A DNA stretch of 64,000 nucleotides from assembly GCA_019244185.1 (NCBI GenBank), contig JAFATB010000019.1, positions 192,001 to 256,000 on the forward strand. Reading direction: 5' to 3'. This DNA is from Acidobacteriota bacterium (lineage in GTDB: Bacteria > Acidobacteriota > Thermoanaerobaculia > Gp7-AA8). The notes beneath the pieces are model-generated. The model was not told the origin of the DNA and made no database searches. It worked only from the letters and a program-made list of their open reading frames with translations. Of this stretch, positions 29,001 to 38,128 are shown piece after piece. Every line of letters starts with the position of its first letter. The stretch's first letter is position 1. The position numbers were made by a program, and so were the translations under genes.

Positions 29001-29282
29001 CGGGTGCTTGATCCATCTGCCGCGCCGTAGATCCGCGCCGACGGCAGCCGTCTTGGGAAGCAGAACGGCGTATGTATCGGCCGACTCAACAAACTTCGGA
29101 TCGGTCGCGACGATGACTTCTGTGCCGTCTCCGTCCGGTTTGAACAGGAAGCCCTTCCGCTTGTTCCGGGTGAGAGGGATAAGTGCTCCCTCCGCCGCAA
29201 CATCGCGATCAACTACCTGACGAATCGGGCTGCCGAGGACCCACTCGTCGTTAGCGAGGACGTCGGGGAAATCTACTCGCAT
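26008..29282 (-). CDS. SF2 (DEAH, type III Res-like) helicase with a C-terminal PD-(D/E)xK-like nuclease, about 1090 aa, split by one frameshift near 27024
   Basis: MPTGTGKT, IDEAHH, FTATPFR, MLGEGFDLP, QLAGRF. C-terminal part has DDDGKGELADVV...YHCKY...LYEVCGQAQK. One added base joins NAQT to VSTRPTVMPIY. Confidence 0.85.
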
Positions 29283-29786
29283 GTTGTTAGACCGCGCTAA
29301 GCGCTACGTGAAGAATTTCAACAAATCCCACGCGTTGGCGCAATGTGCGACGCGCGGCGGTGAGCGGGGCGGCCTTCACTCGGAACTCAAGCACAGGACG
29401 TTAGACACGGTCCGGCCGGATTCGTGGCGTCCTCGAGGATGCAGGGCTCGGCTATCGGACTTGCGCCGACGGCGCAGGACTGGTAGCAATCTTCTGTTCC
29501 TTCACCGACCGCAGTTCCCGAATCTGCTTCCTCAACCAACCGTCTCATGTCGCGTGCTTCGTCGCTTCCTGAAGCGTCAATCCGCAGCTTGACGGTTCGG
29601 TGGTTGATGGTAAGGATGAGGTCACCAGTTCGATCCTGGTCGTGGGCTCGCAGCGCATCCAGACGCCGGAACTCCAGCGCGCTGCCCGAAGACTGCATCG
29701 AGCGGCCGACCACATTCCGAACGTCAGAATCGTGGTCACCTTCGGTCGAGGAAGGGAGCACTCCTACCTCCTTCCTCCATTCTTCT

Positions 29787-30821
29787 ATGGGTTCGCTCCT
29801 CTCCGGTGCGTGGCCGACACCACCGCCCGCTCCTCGTCTCGACGCGTTCCAACGCCTCGCGGTCGGTGCGCCCGCATCCGCTGAACTCCCGCCTCCGGCG
29901 ACGCTCGCCGAGCTTGATCAAGTCTTCCGGCGGTTCTTCGAGGCCGCCACCGCCGTGGCGGGCCTGAGCCGCTGCACCGCACACAACTTTCAGGTGGCGT
30001 ACCGCTCGTTCCGCGCCTACCTCGTGACGCAGGTGCCGGACGACGGGGCTCCGCTCGGCGCGACCCTGCACGACATCGACGGCTGGATCGCCGTGCTCCG
30101 GACGCGTCCGCGGCCTGCCGCGGCGAACAGCATCCACCGCTACTGGCGGAGTGTCCGGGGCTTCTTCGGTTACGTTGAGCACCTGACCGGGCTCCCGTCG
30201 CCGTTCGCGGGGCTTCGGCCGCCGCGCCTGCCGGACCGAATCCCGAAGGCCCGTACACCGGCCGAGTGCGCCCGCATCCTCGCCGCCGTCGCGAACTACC
30301 CTGGCTGGTCGGCGTTCGAACGCGGCCGGAACCGCGCGCTCATCGGCATGGCGCTCTACGCTGGACTTCGCCGCGGTGACCTCGTGCGGCTCCAGTACGC
30401 AAACGTCGACGTCCAGGAGCGCACGATTCGCGTCGAAGGCGGCAAAGGTCGCGGCGGTGGAAAGGATCGGGTCGTGATGATGGCGCCGGACCTCCTCGAC
30501 ATCGTGCTCGCTTACCTCCGCGAGCGGCATCGGCGCCGGCTGGTCCTGCCCGAGTTCTTCGCGAGTACCGCAGGTCAGCGACCGATCGCTGACGTGACCA
30601 TTAACCGGCTCGTCCGACGCCTCCGAATCGCCTCCGGTGTGCCGTTCACGCTCCATAGCCTGCGGCACTCCTTTGTGACGCAGCTCCTACGTGCAGGCGT
30701 CCCGCTGCACACGGTGAGCGCGCTCGCGGGTCACACGCAGATCACGACAACCGCCGGATACCTCCGAGTGTGGGACGAGGACAAGGTTGCCGCGGTTCAG
30801 CGGCTGTCCTTCGACGGCTGA
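29787..30821 (+). CDS. XerC/D-like tyrosine recombinase (recombinase 3)
   Basis: YAGLRRGD, GKGRGGGKDR, HSLRHSF, LAGHTQITTTAGY; N-terminal core-binding region present. Confidence 0.92.
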   Translation: MGSLLSGAWPTPPPAPRLDAFQRLAVGAPASAELPPPATLAELDQVFRRFFEAATAVAGLSRCTAHNFQVAYRSFRAYLVTQVPDDGAPLGATLHDIDGWIAVLRTRPRPAAANSIHRYWRSVRGFFGYVEHLTGLPSPFAGLRPPRLPDRIPKARTPAECARILAAVANYPGWSAFERGRNRALIGMALYAGLRRGDLVRLQYANVDVQERTIRVEGGKGRGGGKDRVVMMAPDLLDIVLAYLRERHRRRLVLPEFFASTAGQRPIADVTINRLVRRLRIASGVPFTLHSLRHSFVTQLLRAGVPLHTVSALAGHTQITTTAGYLRVWDEDKVAAVQRLSFDG

Positions 30822-30832
30822 TGGTGCGCGTG

Positions 30833-31855
30833 TCACCCGGCGTCGCGTTCGATGCCTCCGAGCGGCAGGTGAAGGCGCGCCGCGTACGTCGCGTGTTCGC
30901 CCTCGAAGACGTGCGAGTACCGCTGGAGCATCGCCAGGCTTCGGTGCCCGAGCAGATCCATGCTCACGCGATCCGGCACCCCTGCCTGCCGCAGGAAAGT
31001 GGCGTAGCTGTGCCGGAGCATGTGGGGCGTCACTAAAAACCCTGCCGACGCGCTGATGCGCCGGAACAGCCGTGTCACCGCGACGAGCGGCATTGGCTGG
31101 TCGCGCCAGGTGGAAACGAAGAGCGCCGGAGTCAGTACCCGACGCTGCCCGCGAAGGGTCAGGTACGCGCGCAAGAACGCCGTCAGCTGCGGGGTCACGT
31201 ACGCGGTGCGATCGCGTCCGCCATGCCGGCCCTTGCCGCGCCGGATGAGCAGGCGTCCGCGTTCGAGGTCGAGGTCGGCGAGTTCCAACCGGAGCGCCTC
31301 GCCGCGGCGAAGCCCCGCGCAAACGTACGTCGCGATCAGCGCCACGTTTCGAGCACGTTCGAACCGATCGGCTACGAGACTGCGGGCAGAGGCGAAGACG
31401 CGATCCACTTCGGACGGGGTGAGGCAGCGCGGCTGCGGAAGCGGTGCGCGGGGACGATCGAGCAACTCGAACGGGTTCAGCGTACCGTCCAATCGTTCAA
31501 ACCGCCGGAAGATCGAGACCATCGCTTCGAAGTACGCGGCGACCGACGTGCGCTCGCAGTGCTCCATGCGGAGCGTTGCGATCCAACCTTCGATCACTTG
31601 TGTCTGCGCTGGCATATCGCCGCGCGCAAACGCGTCTGTCCGCGTCCCCCGCAGGTAGCGGGCAAATCTTCGAGCTGCGACCCGCCATCGCCGCGTCGTC
31701 GCTGGTGAGAGCCCTTCGATTCGCTCGGCCGCCAGGCAGGTTTCTTCGACACGCGTGAGGAAGGTCTCGACCGAAGCGACCGCAAACGGGCGCGATCGCG
31801 CCTGGCGGTGCCGACGATTCGGAAACCGCTCGTGAGGATAGGGAGGGGAGTGCAT
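30833..31855 (-). CDS. XerC/D-like tyrosine recombinase (recombinase 4)
   Basis: AGLRRGE, GKGRHGGRDR, HMLRHSYA, LLGHRSLAMLQRY. Confidence 0.92.
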   Translation of the reverse strand: MHSPPYPHERFPNRRHRQARSRPFAVASVETFLTRVEETCLAAERIEGLSPATTRRWRVAARRFARYLRGTRTDAFARGDMPAQTQVIEGWIATLRMEHCERTSVAAYFEAMVSIFRRFERLDGTLNPFELLDRPRAPLPQPRCLTPSEVDRVFASARSLVADRFERARNVALIATYVCAGLRRGEALRLELADLDLERGRLLIRRGKGRHGGRDRTAYVTPQLTAFLRAYLTLRGQRRVLTPALFVSTWRDQPMPLVAVTRLFRRISASAGFLVTPHMLRHSYATFLRQAGVPDRVSMDLLGHRSLAMLQRYSHVFEGEHATYAARLHLPLGGIERDAG

Positions 31856-31871
31856 GTTCTCGGATTCATGG

Positions 31872-33224
31872 TCAGGGACGGCGGACCTGCACCCGCCGCG
31901 CTTTGAACCGGCGACCCTTCAGGAGCCAGTAGCACGCGCCTACCGGCAGGTTCGCAAGCTCGCGTGTGCGCGCCGAGATCTCCTCCGCAGGCGTGAGGAG
32001 CGGGTCATCGAGCGGGTCGTACGGACGCACGGGCTCGCGGCGGATCGTTCCGAGCGGCTCGAAGAGTTCGGGCGCGAGGCTATTCGCTTCGACGTACGGC
32101 ATCTGTAAGAAGAACTGCCGCGCTGTATTGCCAAGGAGGTGCGGCCGCATCCGCGCCGGGAAGAGGGACAGACTCTGCGCGGCGAGCGTCAGATGCACGC
32201 GGTACTTCCGCGCGGCGACCAGCAGGTCTTCAAGACCGCTCTCCGGCCCGGCAAGGTTGTGCGCTTCGTCGAGGATGATCGAGAAGGGCTCGCGCTTCTC
32301 GACCGGCATCCGCTCGCGTCGGAGCGCCGCAAGCTGCAGGGCGTTCACGAGGAAGCGGCCGAGCACGTCCGCGGTCGGCCCGAGGTGGCCGCGAGCGAGG
32401 TTCACGAGCACTGTCATACGCCCGTCCACGGCAGCGAGGAGGTCGAAGGTGGACTCGGGCCGGCCGAAGAACCGTTGCACGGCGAATGACCCGAGGAAGG
32501 GATCGAGCTTGTTCAAGACGGCCGCAACGTACATCTCCTCGCGCGCGCCGAAGCGGTGCGTGAAGTAGTGCTGGGATTCTGGGCTCGCGGTGACGAGGAT
32601 GTCGCGGCGGACGGTGGCGATCAGGAGAAACGCGCGGACATCAATCAGCGTCGCAGGGACACGGCTCTCGATGAGCGCGCGCAGCGTCGCGCGGGTGATC
32701 TCCTCGACCTTCACGCCCCACGCCCACGAAGCCGCGTCTTCGGCGGCATATAGGCGCTTCAGGACCCCGACGAGGAGATCGACGTGGCGAGAGACATCCA
32801 CGCCCTCAATCGGCGCGAGGGGGTTCCACGCGGGAAGCGTCTCCGGCCGCGTGAAGTCGAGGAGCGCAAGGCGCGGGACGCCGCGCTCCTCCGCGAAGGC
32901 CCGCGTTCGCGTGAACAGGTCGCCGTGCAGATCGAGGAGCGCGACGCCTTGGCCGAGCTGGAAGTGCGCTCGTGCGATCTGCTCGAGGAGCGACGACTTG
33001 CCCGAGCCGGTCGCGCCGAGGACGAGCGTGTGCTGCCGAAGATCGTCCGGCGTGAGCCAGCAGACGACCTCCGCACCATCGGGGCCTGCGTACGTCGCGA
33101 ACGGCAGGCCGAGGCCGTGCCGTCGCAGTTGCTCATGCAGGAAGCGATCGCGGGCGAGGTAGAAATCGCGGAGGCCGCGAAGCGTTCGCGTGCGCGTGGT
33201 CTGGTGGCGGAGCGCGAGCCTCAT
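31872..33224 (-). CDS. VirD4/TraD/HerA-like ATPase (coupling-protein type)
   Basis: HTLVLGATGSGKS, LLDLHGDL, IILDEAHN, ARKYRVHLTLAAQSL. Confidence 0.85.
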   Translation of the reverse strand: MRLALRHQTTRTRTLRGLRDFYLARDRFLHEQLRRHGLGLPFATYAGPDGAEVVCWLTPDDLRQHTLVLGATGSGKSSLLEQIARAHFQLGQGVALLDLHGDLFTRTRAFAEERGVPRLALLDFTRPETLPAWNPLAPIEGVDVSRHVDLLVGVLKRLYAAEDAASWAWGVKVEEITRATLRALIESRVPATLIDVRAFLLIATVRRDILVTASPESQHYFTHRFGAREEMYVAAVLNKLDPFLGSFAVQRFFGRPESTFDLLAAVDGRMTVLVNLARGHLGPTADVLGRFLVNALQLAALRRERMPVEKREPFSIILDEAHNLAGPESGLEDLLVAARKYRVHLTLAAQSLSLFPARMRPHLLGNTARQFFLQMPYVEANSLAPELFEPLGTIRREPVRPYDPLDDPLLTPAEEISARTRELANLPVGACYWLLKGRRFKARRVQVRRP

Positions 33225-33982
33225 CGTTGACGCGCGGCAGAGATCGCGAGAAGCGCTACGACTATCAGGGCCGCCAGCGCGGCCACGGCAACCCACGTCC
33301 ACGCAGTGAGCCAGCGACCGAACTTGCGCCGCCGCCGGAGTACCCGTCGTTCGGACGCGGTGAGCGGCGGCGGGTCGGTCACGATGAGTGCCGCGTGCGC
33401 TGCGTCCCGGGCGATCAGCCGTGCGCGGCGAAGCTGCCGGAGCCGCCATCGTGCCGACACGCTCGTACGGAACCGCAGCTCGCGCGCGAGCGCCGCCATC
33501 TCCAGCGTCGCGGGCGCGCTCGTGCCGTCACGATGCAGGAGGTACAGGTAGGCGGCGAACGCGCTGCGCCCGATCCGCGGGAGTACGTGGATGAACCAGT
33601 GCGTGGGGAGGTCGTGCCGGATGGAGAGTCCCGGCGGATGCACGTCCGTCCAGGCGGGTGGCGCGGTCTCCGGCAGCTCCACGTCGAGCGTGCCGTTGGT
33701 TGCGTCGAACACGAGCATGCCCGCCGTCGAGAGCTGCTCCAGCCAACCGCGAATGCGCCGCCGTGATGCACCGAGGATCCACACGAGATCGTCCATGAAC
33801 ACGCGCCCGCCGGATCGCTGGCGGAGCGCGCGGATCGTGAGAAGCAGGAGGGCGGGCTCGCGGCCGACGTACGCGATGTCTTCGATGAACGCACCGAGAT
33901 CGGTGCGAAGCATCGTCACGCCATCGGGCGGCGTGCCGCGCTGCTGAAGGATGCGGACGGATTCGCGATCACGCTGCTGCAT
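33221..33982 (-). CDS. Hypothetical tandem wHTH-like protein with a C-terminal TM helix
   Basis: Two HTH-like segments (DLVWILGASRRRIRGWLEQL; LARELRFRT...WRLRQL); hydrophobic C-terminus; overlaps both neighbours. Confidence 0.65.
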   Translation of the reverse strand: MQQRDRESVRILQQRGTPPDGVTMLRTDLGAFIEDIAYVGREPALLLLTIRALRQRSGGRVFMDDLVWILGASRRRIRGWLEQLSTAGMLVFDATNGTLDVELPETAPPAWTDVHPPGLSIRHDLPTHWFIHVLPRIGRSAFAAYLYLLHRDGTSAPATLEMAALARELRFRTSVSARWRLRQLRRARLIARDAAHAALIVTDPPPLTASERRVLRRRRKFGRWLTAWTWVAVAALAALIVVALLAISAARQR

Positions 33983-34670
33983 GCACGTTCGGTGAAGGGA
34001 TGACGAGAAGGGAGAGATCGCCGCGAAGCGGTGTATCGGGTGCTGCGCACGCGGTCACCATCACCGGCTTTCGCACCGCGGCACGCGTGGCGAGGAGCGC
34101 CCGCACATCATCGGATGCGAAGTCCGCCCGCTCCACGAGGACGAGCGGCGCGGCGGCGGCCGCATCCCGAAGCGATGCGCTCATCGTGGCGTTTCCGGGG
34201 ACCGCGATGACGCCGACGCCTTGCGCGTCGAGCGCGGTCCGCACGTACGCGGTGATCCGCCGGAGCATCGCTGCGTCTGCGATGACGGCGAGTCCGCGCC
34301 CGGTCGTGAGACTTCGCCGGAGGAACTGTGCGACGAACGTTCGCACGGCGCGGTGCGCCGCGTCTGGCAGGTCCGCGAGGTCGTCGAGGGTCGTCCGCGC
34401 CGGCCGCGGCGCGGTATCGAGGCGTCCGACGTGCGCAAGCGGCAACTCGTGTTCGAGGAAGTGGAGCACGAGCTCGCGCACGCGGGGTTGCTCGCCGAAG
34501 GCGCGCAGGATCGCGCCGAGCACGTCCCTCGACGGCGCGTGCGTTCCGGCGCGCAGCCGGTTCAGCATCGACAGGCTCACGCCGAGCGCTTCAGCGAGAT
34601 CGCACGCGCGCCACTTGGCCCGGCGCGCGAGCTGGTCCACTTCGCGAATGACGAGGGCTGGTCGGGGCAC
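33969..34670 (-). CDS. XRE-type HTH fused to a degenerate DnaC/IstB-like domain
   Basis: DLAEALGVSLSMLNRLRAGTHAPS; then TTLDDL...GRGLAVI...PLVLVERAD...RKPVMVT with no GKT. Confidence 0.65.
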   Translation of the reverse strand: MPRPALVIREVDQLARRAKWRACDLAEALGVSLSMLNRLRAGTHAPSRDVLGAILRAFGEQPRVRELVLHFLEHELPLAHVGRLDTAPRPARTTLDDLADLPDAAHRAVRTFVAQFLRRSLTTGRGLAVIADAAMLRRITAYVRTALDAQGVGVIAVPGNATMSASLRDAAAAAPLVLVERADFASDDVRALLATRAAVRKPVMVTACAAPDTPLRGDLSLLVIPSPNVHAAA

Positions 34671-34962
34671 GGAATGCGGGGGAAAGCGCGGTCAATGGTG
34701 CCGAAGTCGCGCCCTCGCGAACGACTGCATCGAGTGTCGACGTGCACGGCGTGCGCATCGTCGAGCTGATCCCGAAGCCGTCGAGCGCGCGCGGCGGATG
34801 CGCGGTCGCACGTCGTTGCACGGAAAGACCGTAGGTCGTGTCCCTAGCATGTGCCGGTCGATGTTTGTTTCCTCCACGCTATGCCGGAGCCTCAGCGCCT
34901 CATCCGAGCATGTCACCGCACGCGCCGAGCAGGAGCGGACGCGTGATCGAACCCGGAACGAT

Positions 34963-36684
34963 GTGCCCGAATCGCTTGCCGAAGCCACAGATAGGCAATC
35001 CGCGCTTTCGTCTACAGCTCCGCCACCGCGAAAGGCGGAACGTCGTCAATCGCGACGACATCCTTCGACGCTTTCCGCCGCGGACCGCGCGGTGCTCCTC
35101 GCGCTCGCGCGTTGCCGCATCCTCTCCTTCGATCAAATCCGCCGGCTCGTCTTCCAGCAGCTCTCGCCGCAACGGGTCGGGCAGCGCGTCCGCGCGCTCG
35201 CCGAGCAAGGATGGCTTCGCACCTGGGAGGACGTCTCACGCGTCGGCGGTCGGCCGCGGTATGCCGTTCCGAGCCGCCGCGCACTTGCCGTCGCACGGCA
35301 AATGCTCGCGGCCGATGCGGCGGCGTCTACAGCGACGCACATTGCATCCGTCGTCCTCCGTCACGCCGATCGCCGGCCGCTCGTCCTCGCACCGCGTGTG
35401 ACTCCCGGGTTCCTTTCGCACCAGCGCGAGGTGAACGACCTCCTCATCGCGTACGGCTCAATCCAGGACGTGCGTCTGCATTGGGCGACGAGCTTCGATC
35501 GTCCGCTTCCGCTGCACGCTCGGGGTCTTGCGCTGCCGCAGCCGGATTACGTGCTCGTCCTCGACGATGCGCTGATCTTCGGCGAGCACGATCGCGGGCA
35601 CGAGTCCCTCGCGCACTTCCGCAGAGCGAAGGCGGAACGCTACGCCGCGCTCGCTGCCCAGCCGGACCTTGTGCGCGAGTTCTTCGGCTTCGATCGTTTC
35701 GTGGTGTGGGTGACCGTCCTCGATGCGCGCGCGGGCGCGCCGCTCCGGCGTCTCTCGTCACTCGTGGAGGTCGCGCGCGATGCGGCCGCATCCGACGTCA
35801 TGGCGTTCACGCTCGCCGGCTGGGCCGTGTCCACGCCCGCAGCTCCGATTTGGTTCTGCGATGGCGCGATGCCGGAGGAGCATTACATCGGCGAGGCGAA
35901 GGCGTCGCCGGCACTCCGCTCGATGCCTGCGCATCCGCCTGCTCGCGGCGTATGGCATCAGCTCCACATCCGGCATGCGCACGCCGTGCGCGACCTCATC
36001 GCCGACGTGCGAGGCGGACGAGGTGCGCGTGGTTCACTGACGACCTCCCGGCCTGCTCCTTCACATCCCGGTCCTCTCCCGCCATTCGCGAGAACGCTCT
36101 CGCGCGGCCGATCCGGCCCTCGGCACGACGTCGCATCACTCGCTCGCTTCCATGCGGAGCATCGATCGATCGTGCAGTGCTTCCGAGATGCGCCCGTGTC
36201 GGCCGCCCGAGGGTGCGCTCGCGCGTGGTCGCGGAGAGGAGGACGTGCGCTCCCTGAAATCACAAGTCGAGGTGTGTCATGTCCGAAGTGGTTGCATTCA
36301 AGAGTGGGAAGGATCTCGCCCCGGAAGGAGATCTCGTCGACGAGGACTCGGTGGTCTGTGCCGATTGCGAGGTGCGCGCAAGCGACGAGCGCGCGTACAT
36401 CGATGGGTGGCAGCTCGATCCGCCGGTTTGCCCGAAGTGCCTGCGGTGGGTTGCGACCGATGCGTGCTGTCAGGTCGCGGAGGTGCGCGATGCTCAACAT
36501 TGAACGGTATCGCGGCACGCGCTTCTGGGGTCTGTACGAGGCGGGGCAACTGCTCTGCGTCACGGTCTACAAGAAGGGTGCGGAAGCGGTGAAAACGCGC
36601 ATCGAGCGCGGCACGCCTGCGCCGGCCCCTTCACCGCCGGTAATCGCGCCTGAGCCGCCGCGGCGCACCCGCCGCCCGGCCTGA
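34963..36684 (+). CDS. Replication-relaxation family protein; the real 3' end is probably near 35950-36050 and the ORF reads on to 36684
   Basis: DRAVLLALARCRILSFDQIRRL, LSHQREVND, PQPDYVL...FGEHDRGHE...KAERY. Downstream, the frame crosses a long hairpin and small genes with their own RBS. Confidence 0.75.
   Translation: MPESLAEATDRQSALSSTAPPPRKAERRQSRRHPSTLSAADRAVLLALARCRILSFDQIRRLVFQQLSPQRVGQRVRALAEQGWLRTWEDVSRVGGRPRYAVPSRRALAVARQMLAADAAASTATHIASVVLRHADRRPLVLAPRVTPGFLSHQREVNDLLIAYGSIQDVRLHWATSFDRPLPLHARGLALPQPDYVLVLDDALIFGEHDRGHESLAHFRRAKAERYAALAAQPDLVREFFGFDRFVVWVTVLDARAGAPLRRLSSLVEVARDAAASDVMAFTLAGWAVSTPAAPIWFCDGAMPEEHYIGEAKASPALRSMPAHPPARGVWHQLHIRHAHAVRDLIADVRGGRGARGSLTTSRPAPSHPGPLPPFARTLSRGRSGPRHDVASLARFHAEHRSIVQCFRDAPVSAARGCARAWSRRGGRALPEITSRGVSCPKWLHSRVGRISPRKEISSTRTRWSVPIARCAQATSARTSMGGSSIRRFARSACGGLRPMRAVRSRRCAMLNIERYRGTRFWGLYEAGQLLCVTVYKKGAEAVKTRIERGTPAPAPSPPVIAPEPPRRTRRPA
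36072..36240. other. About 170-nt imperfect hairpin (sso/ssDNA-promoter-like)
   Basis: Nested pairings TCCTCTCC/GGAGAGGA, CGCGAG/CTCGCG, GCGGCCGA/TCGGCCGC, CTCGG/CCGAG, GCACGA/TCGTGC. Confidence 0.6.
36279..36503 (+). CDS. Small zinc-finger-like protein
   Basis: GAGGTG RBS; CADC...CPKC. Confidence 0.65.
   Translation: MSEVVAFKSGKDLAPEGDLVDEDSVVCADCEVRASDERAYIDGWQLDPPVCPKCLRWVATDACCQVAEVRDAQH
36490..36684 (+). CDS. Small hypothetical protein of mobile-element type
   Basis: GGAGGTG RBS; MLNIERYRGTRFWGLYEAGQLLCVTVYKKGAEAV. Confidence 0.65.
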   Translation: MLNIERYRGTRFWGLYEAGQLLCVTVYKKGAEAVKTRIERGTPAPAPSPPVIAPEPPRRTRRPA

Positions 36685-36805
36685 CCGGCCCGCGCGCCTG
36701 GTGCGAGCGTTCCGCACCCATGCGGCGCCCAAACGGCGTTACAATGCGCGCCTTGAAAGGACCGAACGAGGAGGTAACCCTAGATGGCTCAACGGTTTCG
36801 AGCGC

Positions 36806-36850
36806 ATGGGGTTCAGGTGGTCGGGGGTTCAAATCCCCCCTGCCCGACCA
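36806..36850 (+). repeat. att site: duplicated 3' half of tRNA-Pro(GGG)
   Basis: ATGGGGTTCAGGTGGTCGGGGGTTCAAATCCCCCCTGCCCGACCA covers the anticodon loop, T arm, acceptor 3' strand and CCA; no D arm or 5' strand upstream. Confidence 0.9.
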
Positions 36851-36875
36851 AACAACCCCCAATCCCACCAAGAAT

Positions 36876-38042
36876 TTACGCCGCCCGTCTCACGAGCGCG
36901 AGCAATCCTCCGACGGATCCTGCGGCGGCAACACTGACCCAATACGCGCTCGCGTTGCTTTGAAGGAGCAGCGTGCCGAGCGTCGGTCCGGCGAGAAGGC
37001 CGGCGGACCAGGTGAGCGTGTACAGGCCTTGATAGCGGCCGCGAAATTGTTCCGGGGCGAGGGTCGATGCGTAGGCACCGCCGACCGGGGCGAAGATCAT
37101 CTCGCCGCTGGTCCAGGCCACGACGCACAGCACGAGTGCGGGGATCGAGTGCGCGAGGCCGATGAGCGCGAAGCCGGCGCCGAACAGCGTGTAGCCGAGG
37201 GCCAGGATGCGTTGCGGAGGATGACGTTGCGTCCATGACGTGAGTGCGAGCTCGAACAGGACGACGAGCGCGCCATTGAGCGAGATCAGAAACCCATAGG
37301 TCTTCGGCGAGAAGCCGGACTGCTGCAGATAGAGCGGGAACGTCGACGTCACCTGCGGCTCGATCCAGGTGATGCACAGCGTCGCGAGCAGGAAGATGAC
37401 GAACGGCTCGTTGCGCAGCGCGTGGCGAAATCCGCCGCTGACGTGCGCTGCATTCGGCTGCGTTCGCGCGCCGTGCGGAAGCGCGGTGAGCGCGATCGAG
37501 CCGAAGAGCAGCGACGTCGCCGCGTCCGCGATGAAGAGTGCGAAGAATGAGTGGCCGGCGAGGAGACCCGCCGTCGCGGGGCCGGTGGCAAAGCCGAGGT
37601 TGTTGGCCAGGCGGAACATGGCGAAGGCGGTGACGCGCTGCTCCCGCGGAACGAGATCGCCGATAAGCGCGCCCGCGGCGGGCCGGTACATCTCCGACGC
37701 CGCGCCGACGATCAGCACGATCGCGACGATCGCCGGGTACGCGCGCGCCTGCGACAACGCGAGCATCGCCGCGCACGACACGAACATGGAGAACGCGATC
37801 GTGTTTCTGCGTCCGATGCTGTCGGCGAGATGACCGCCTAGCATCGCCGCGATCAGATGTCCACCGCCGTACGCGCTCACGGCGAGTCCCGCCTGCGCGG
37901 CGCTGTAGCCGTGCCGCGTCAGATAGAGGATGAGGAACGGCATCACGAACGTGCCGAAGCGGTTGATGAACGCGCCGGCGAAGAGCGTCCACGCCGCGCG
38001 TGGCAACGCGTGCAGATTTGCACGCAGCGAGTATTGAGGCAT
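36876..38042 (-). CDS. MFS transporter
   Basis: Motif A GGHLADSIGRR; 12 TM segments. Confidence 0.93.
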   Translation of the reverse strand: MPQYSLRANLHALPRAAWTLFAGAFINRFGTFVMPFLILYLTRHGYSAAQAGLAVSAYGGGHLIAAMLGGHLADSIGRRNTIAFSMFVSCAAMLALSQARAYPAIVAIVLIVGAASEMYRPAAGALIGDLVPREQRVTAFAMFRLANNLGFATGPATAGLLAGHSFFALFIADAATSLLFGSIALTALPHGARTQPNAAHVSGGFRHALRNEPFVIFLLATLCITWIEPQVTSTFPLYLQQSGFSPKTYGFLISLNGALVVLFELALTSWTQRHPPQRILALGYTLFGAGFALIGLAHSIPALVLCVVAWTSGEMIFAPVGGAYASTLAPEQFRGRYQGLYTLTWSAGLLAGPTLGTLLLQSNASAYWVSVAAAGSVGGLLALVRRAA

Positions 38043-38076
38043 GTCCGCAATCTAGCGGCCGCGCGAATCGCGTGCG

Positions 38077-38093
38077 ATTACCTGGCAGGTAAT
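38077..38093. promoter_or_regulatory. Palindromic operator ATTACCTGGCAGGTAAT
   Basis: Perfect 8-1-8 palindrome between divergent genes; related copy at 40297-40313. Confidence 0.7.
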
Positions 38094-38128
38094 TGAACGC
38101 ACGCGCACGGCGACGCATCGTTGGGCGC

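Larger units (their letters stand above)
1..36850. mobile_element. Integrative element (ICE/IME-like genomic island) inserted at tRNA-Pro(GGG); left end lies outside the window
   Basis: Ends in a 45-bp tRNA-Pro 3' fragment (att). Contains 4 tyrosine recombinases, 2 replication-relaxation proteins, 2 coupling-type ATPases, SSBs and accessory cargo. Housekeeping-type genes begin right after 36850. Confidence 0.85.

Noticed and set aside
29571-29581. GAAGCGTCAAT as a distal recombinase-2 site closing the cargo
   Set aside because: Only one arm; the core and partner arm do not fit 11-6-11.
29387-29761. 124-aa minus-strand ORF
   Set aside because: No motif or RBS support.
34000-36684. 894-aa fusion protein from the ORF track
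   Set aside because: The 5' part is antisense to the HTH gene. The 3' part crosses a hairpin and small genes with their own RBS.
36774-36850. Intact tRNA-Pro gene
   Set aside because: Only the 3' 45 nt are present; there is no D arm or acceptor 5' strand.
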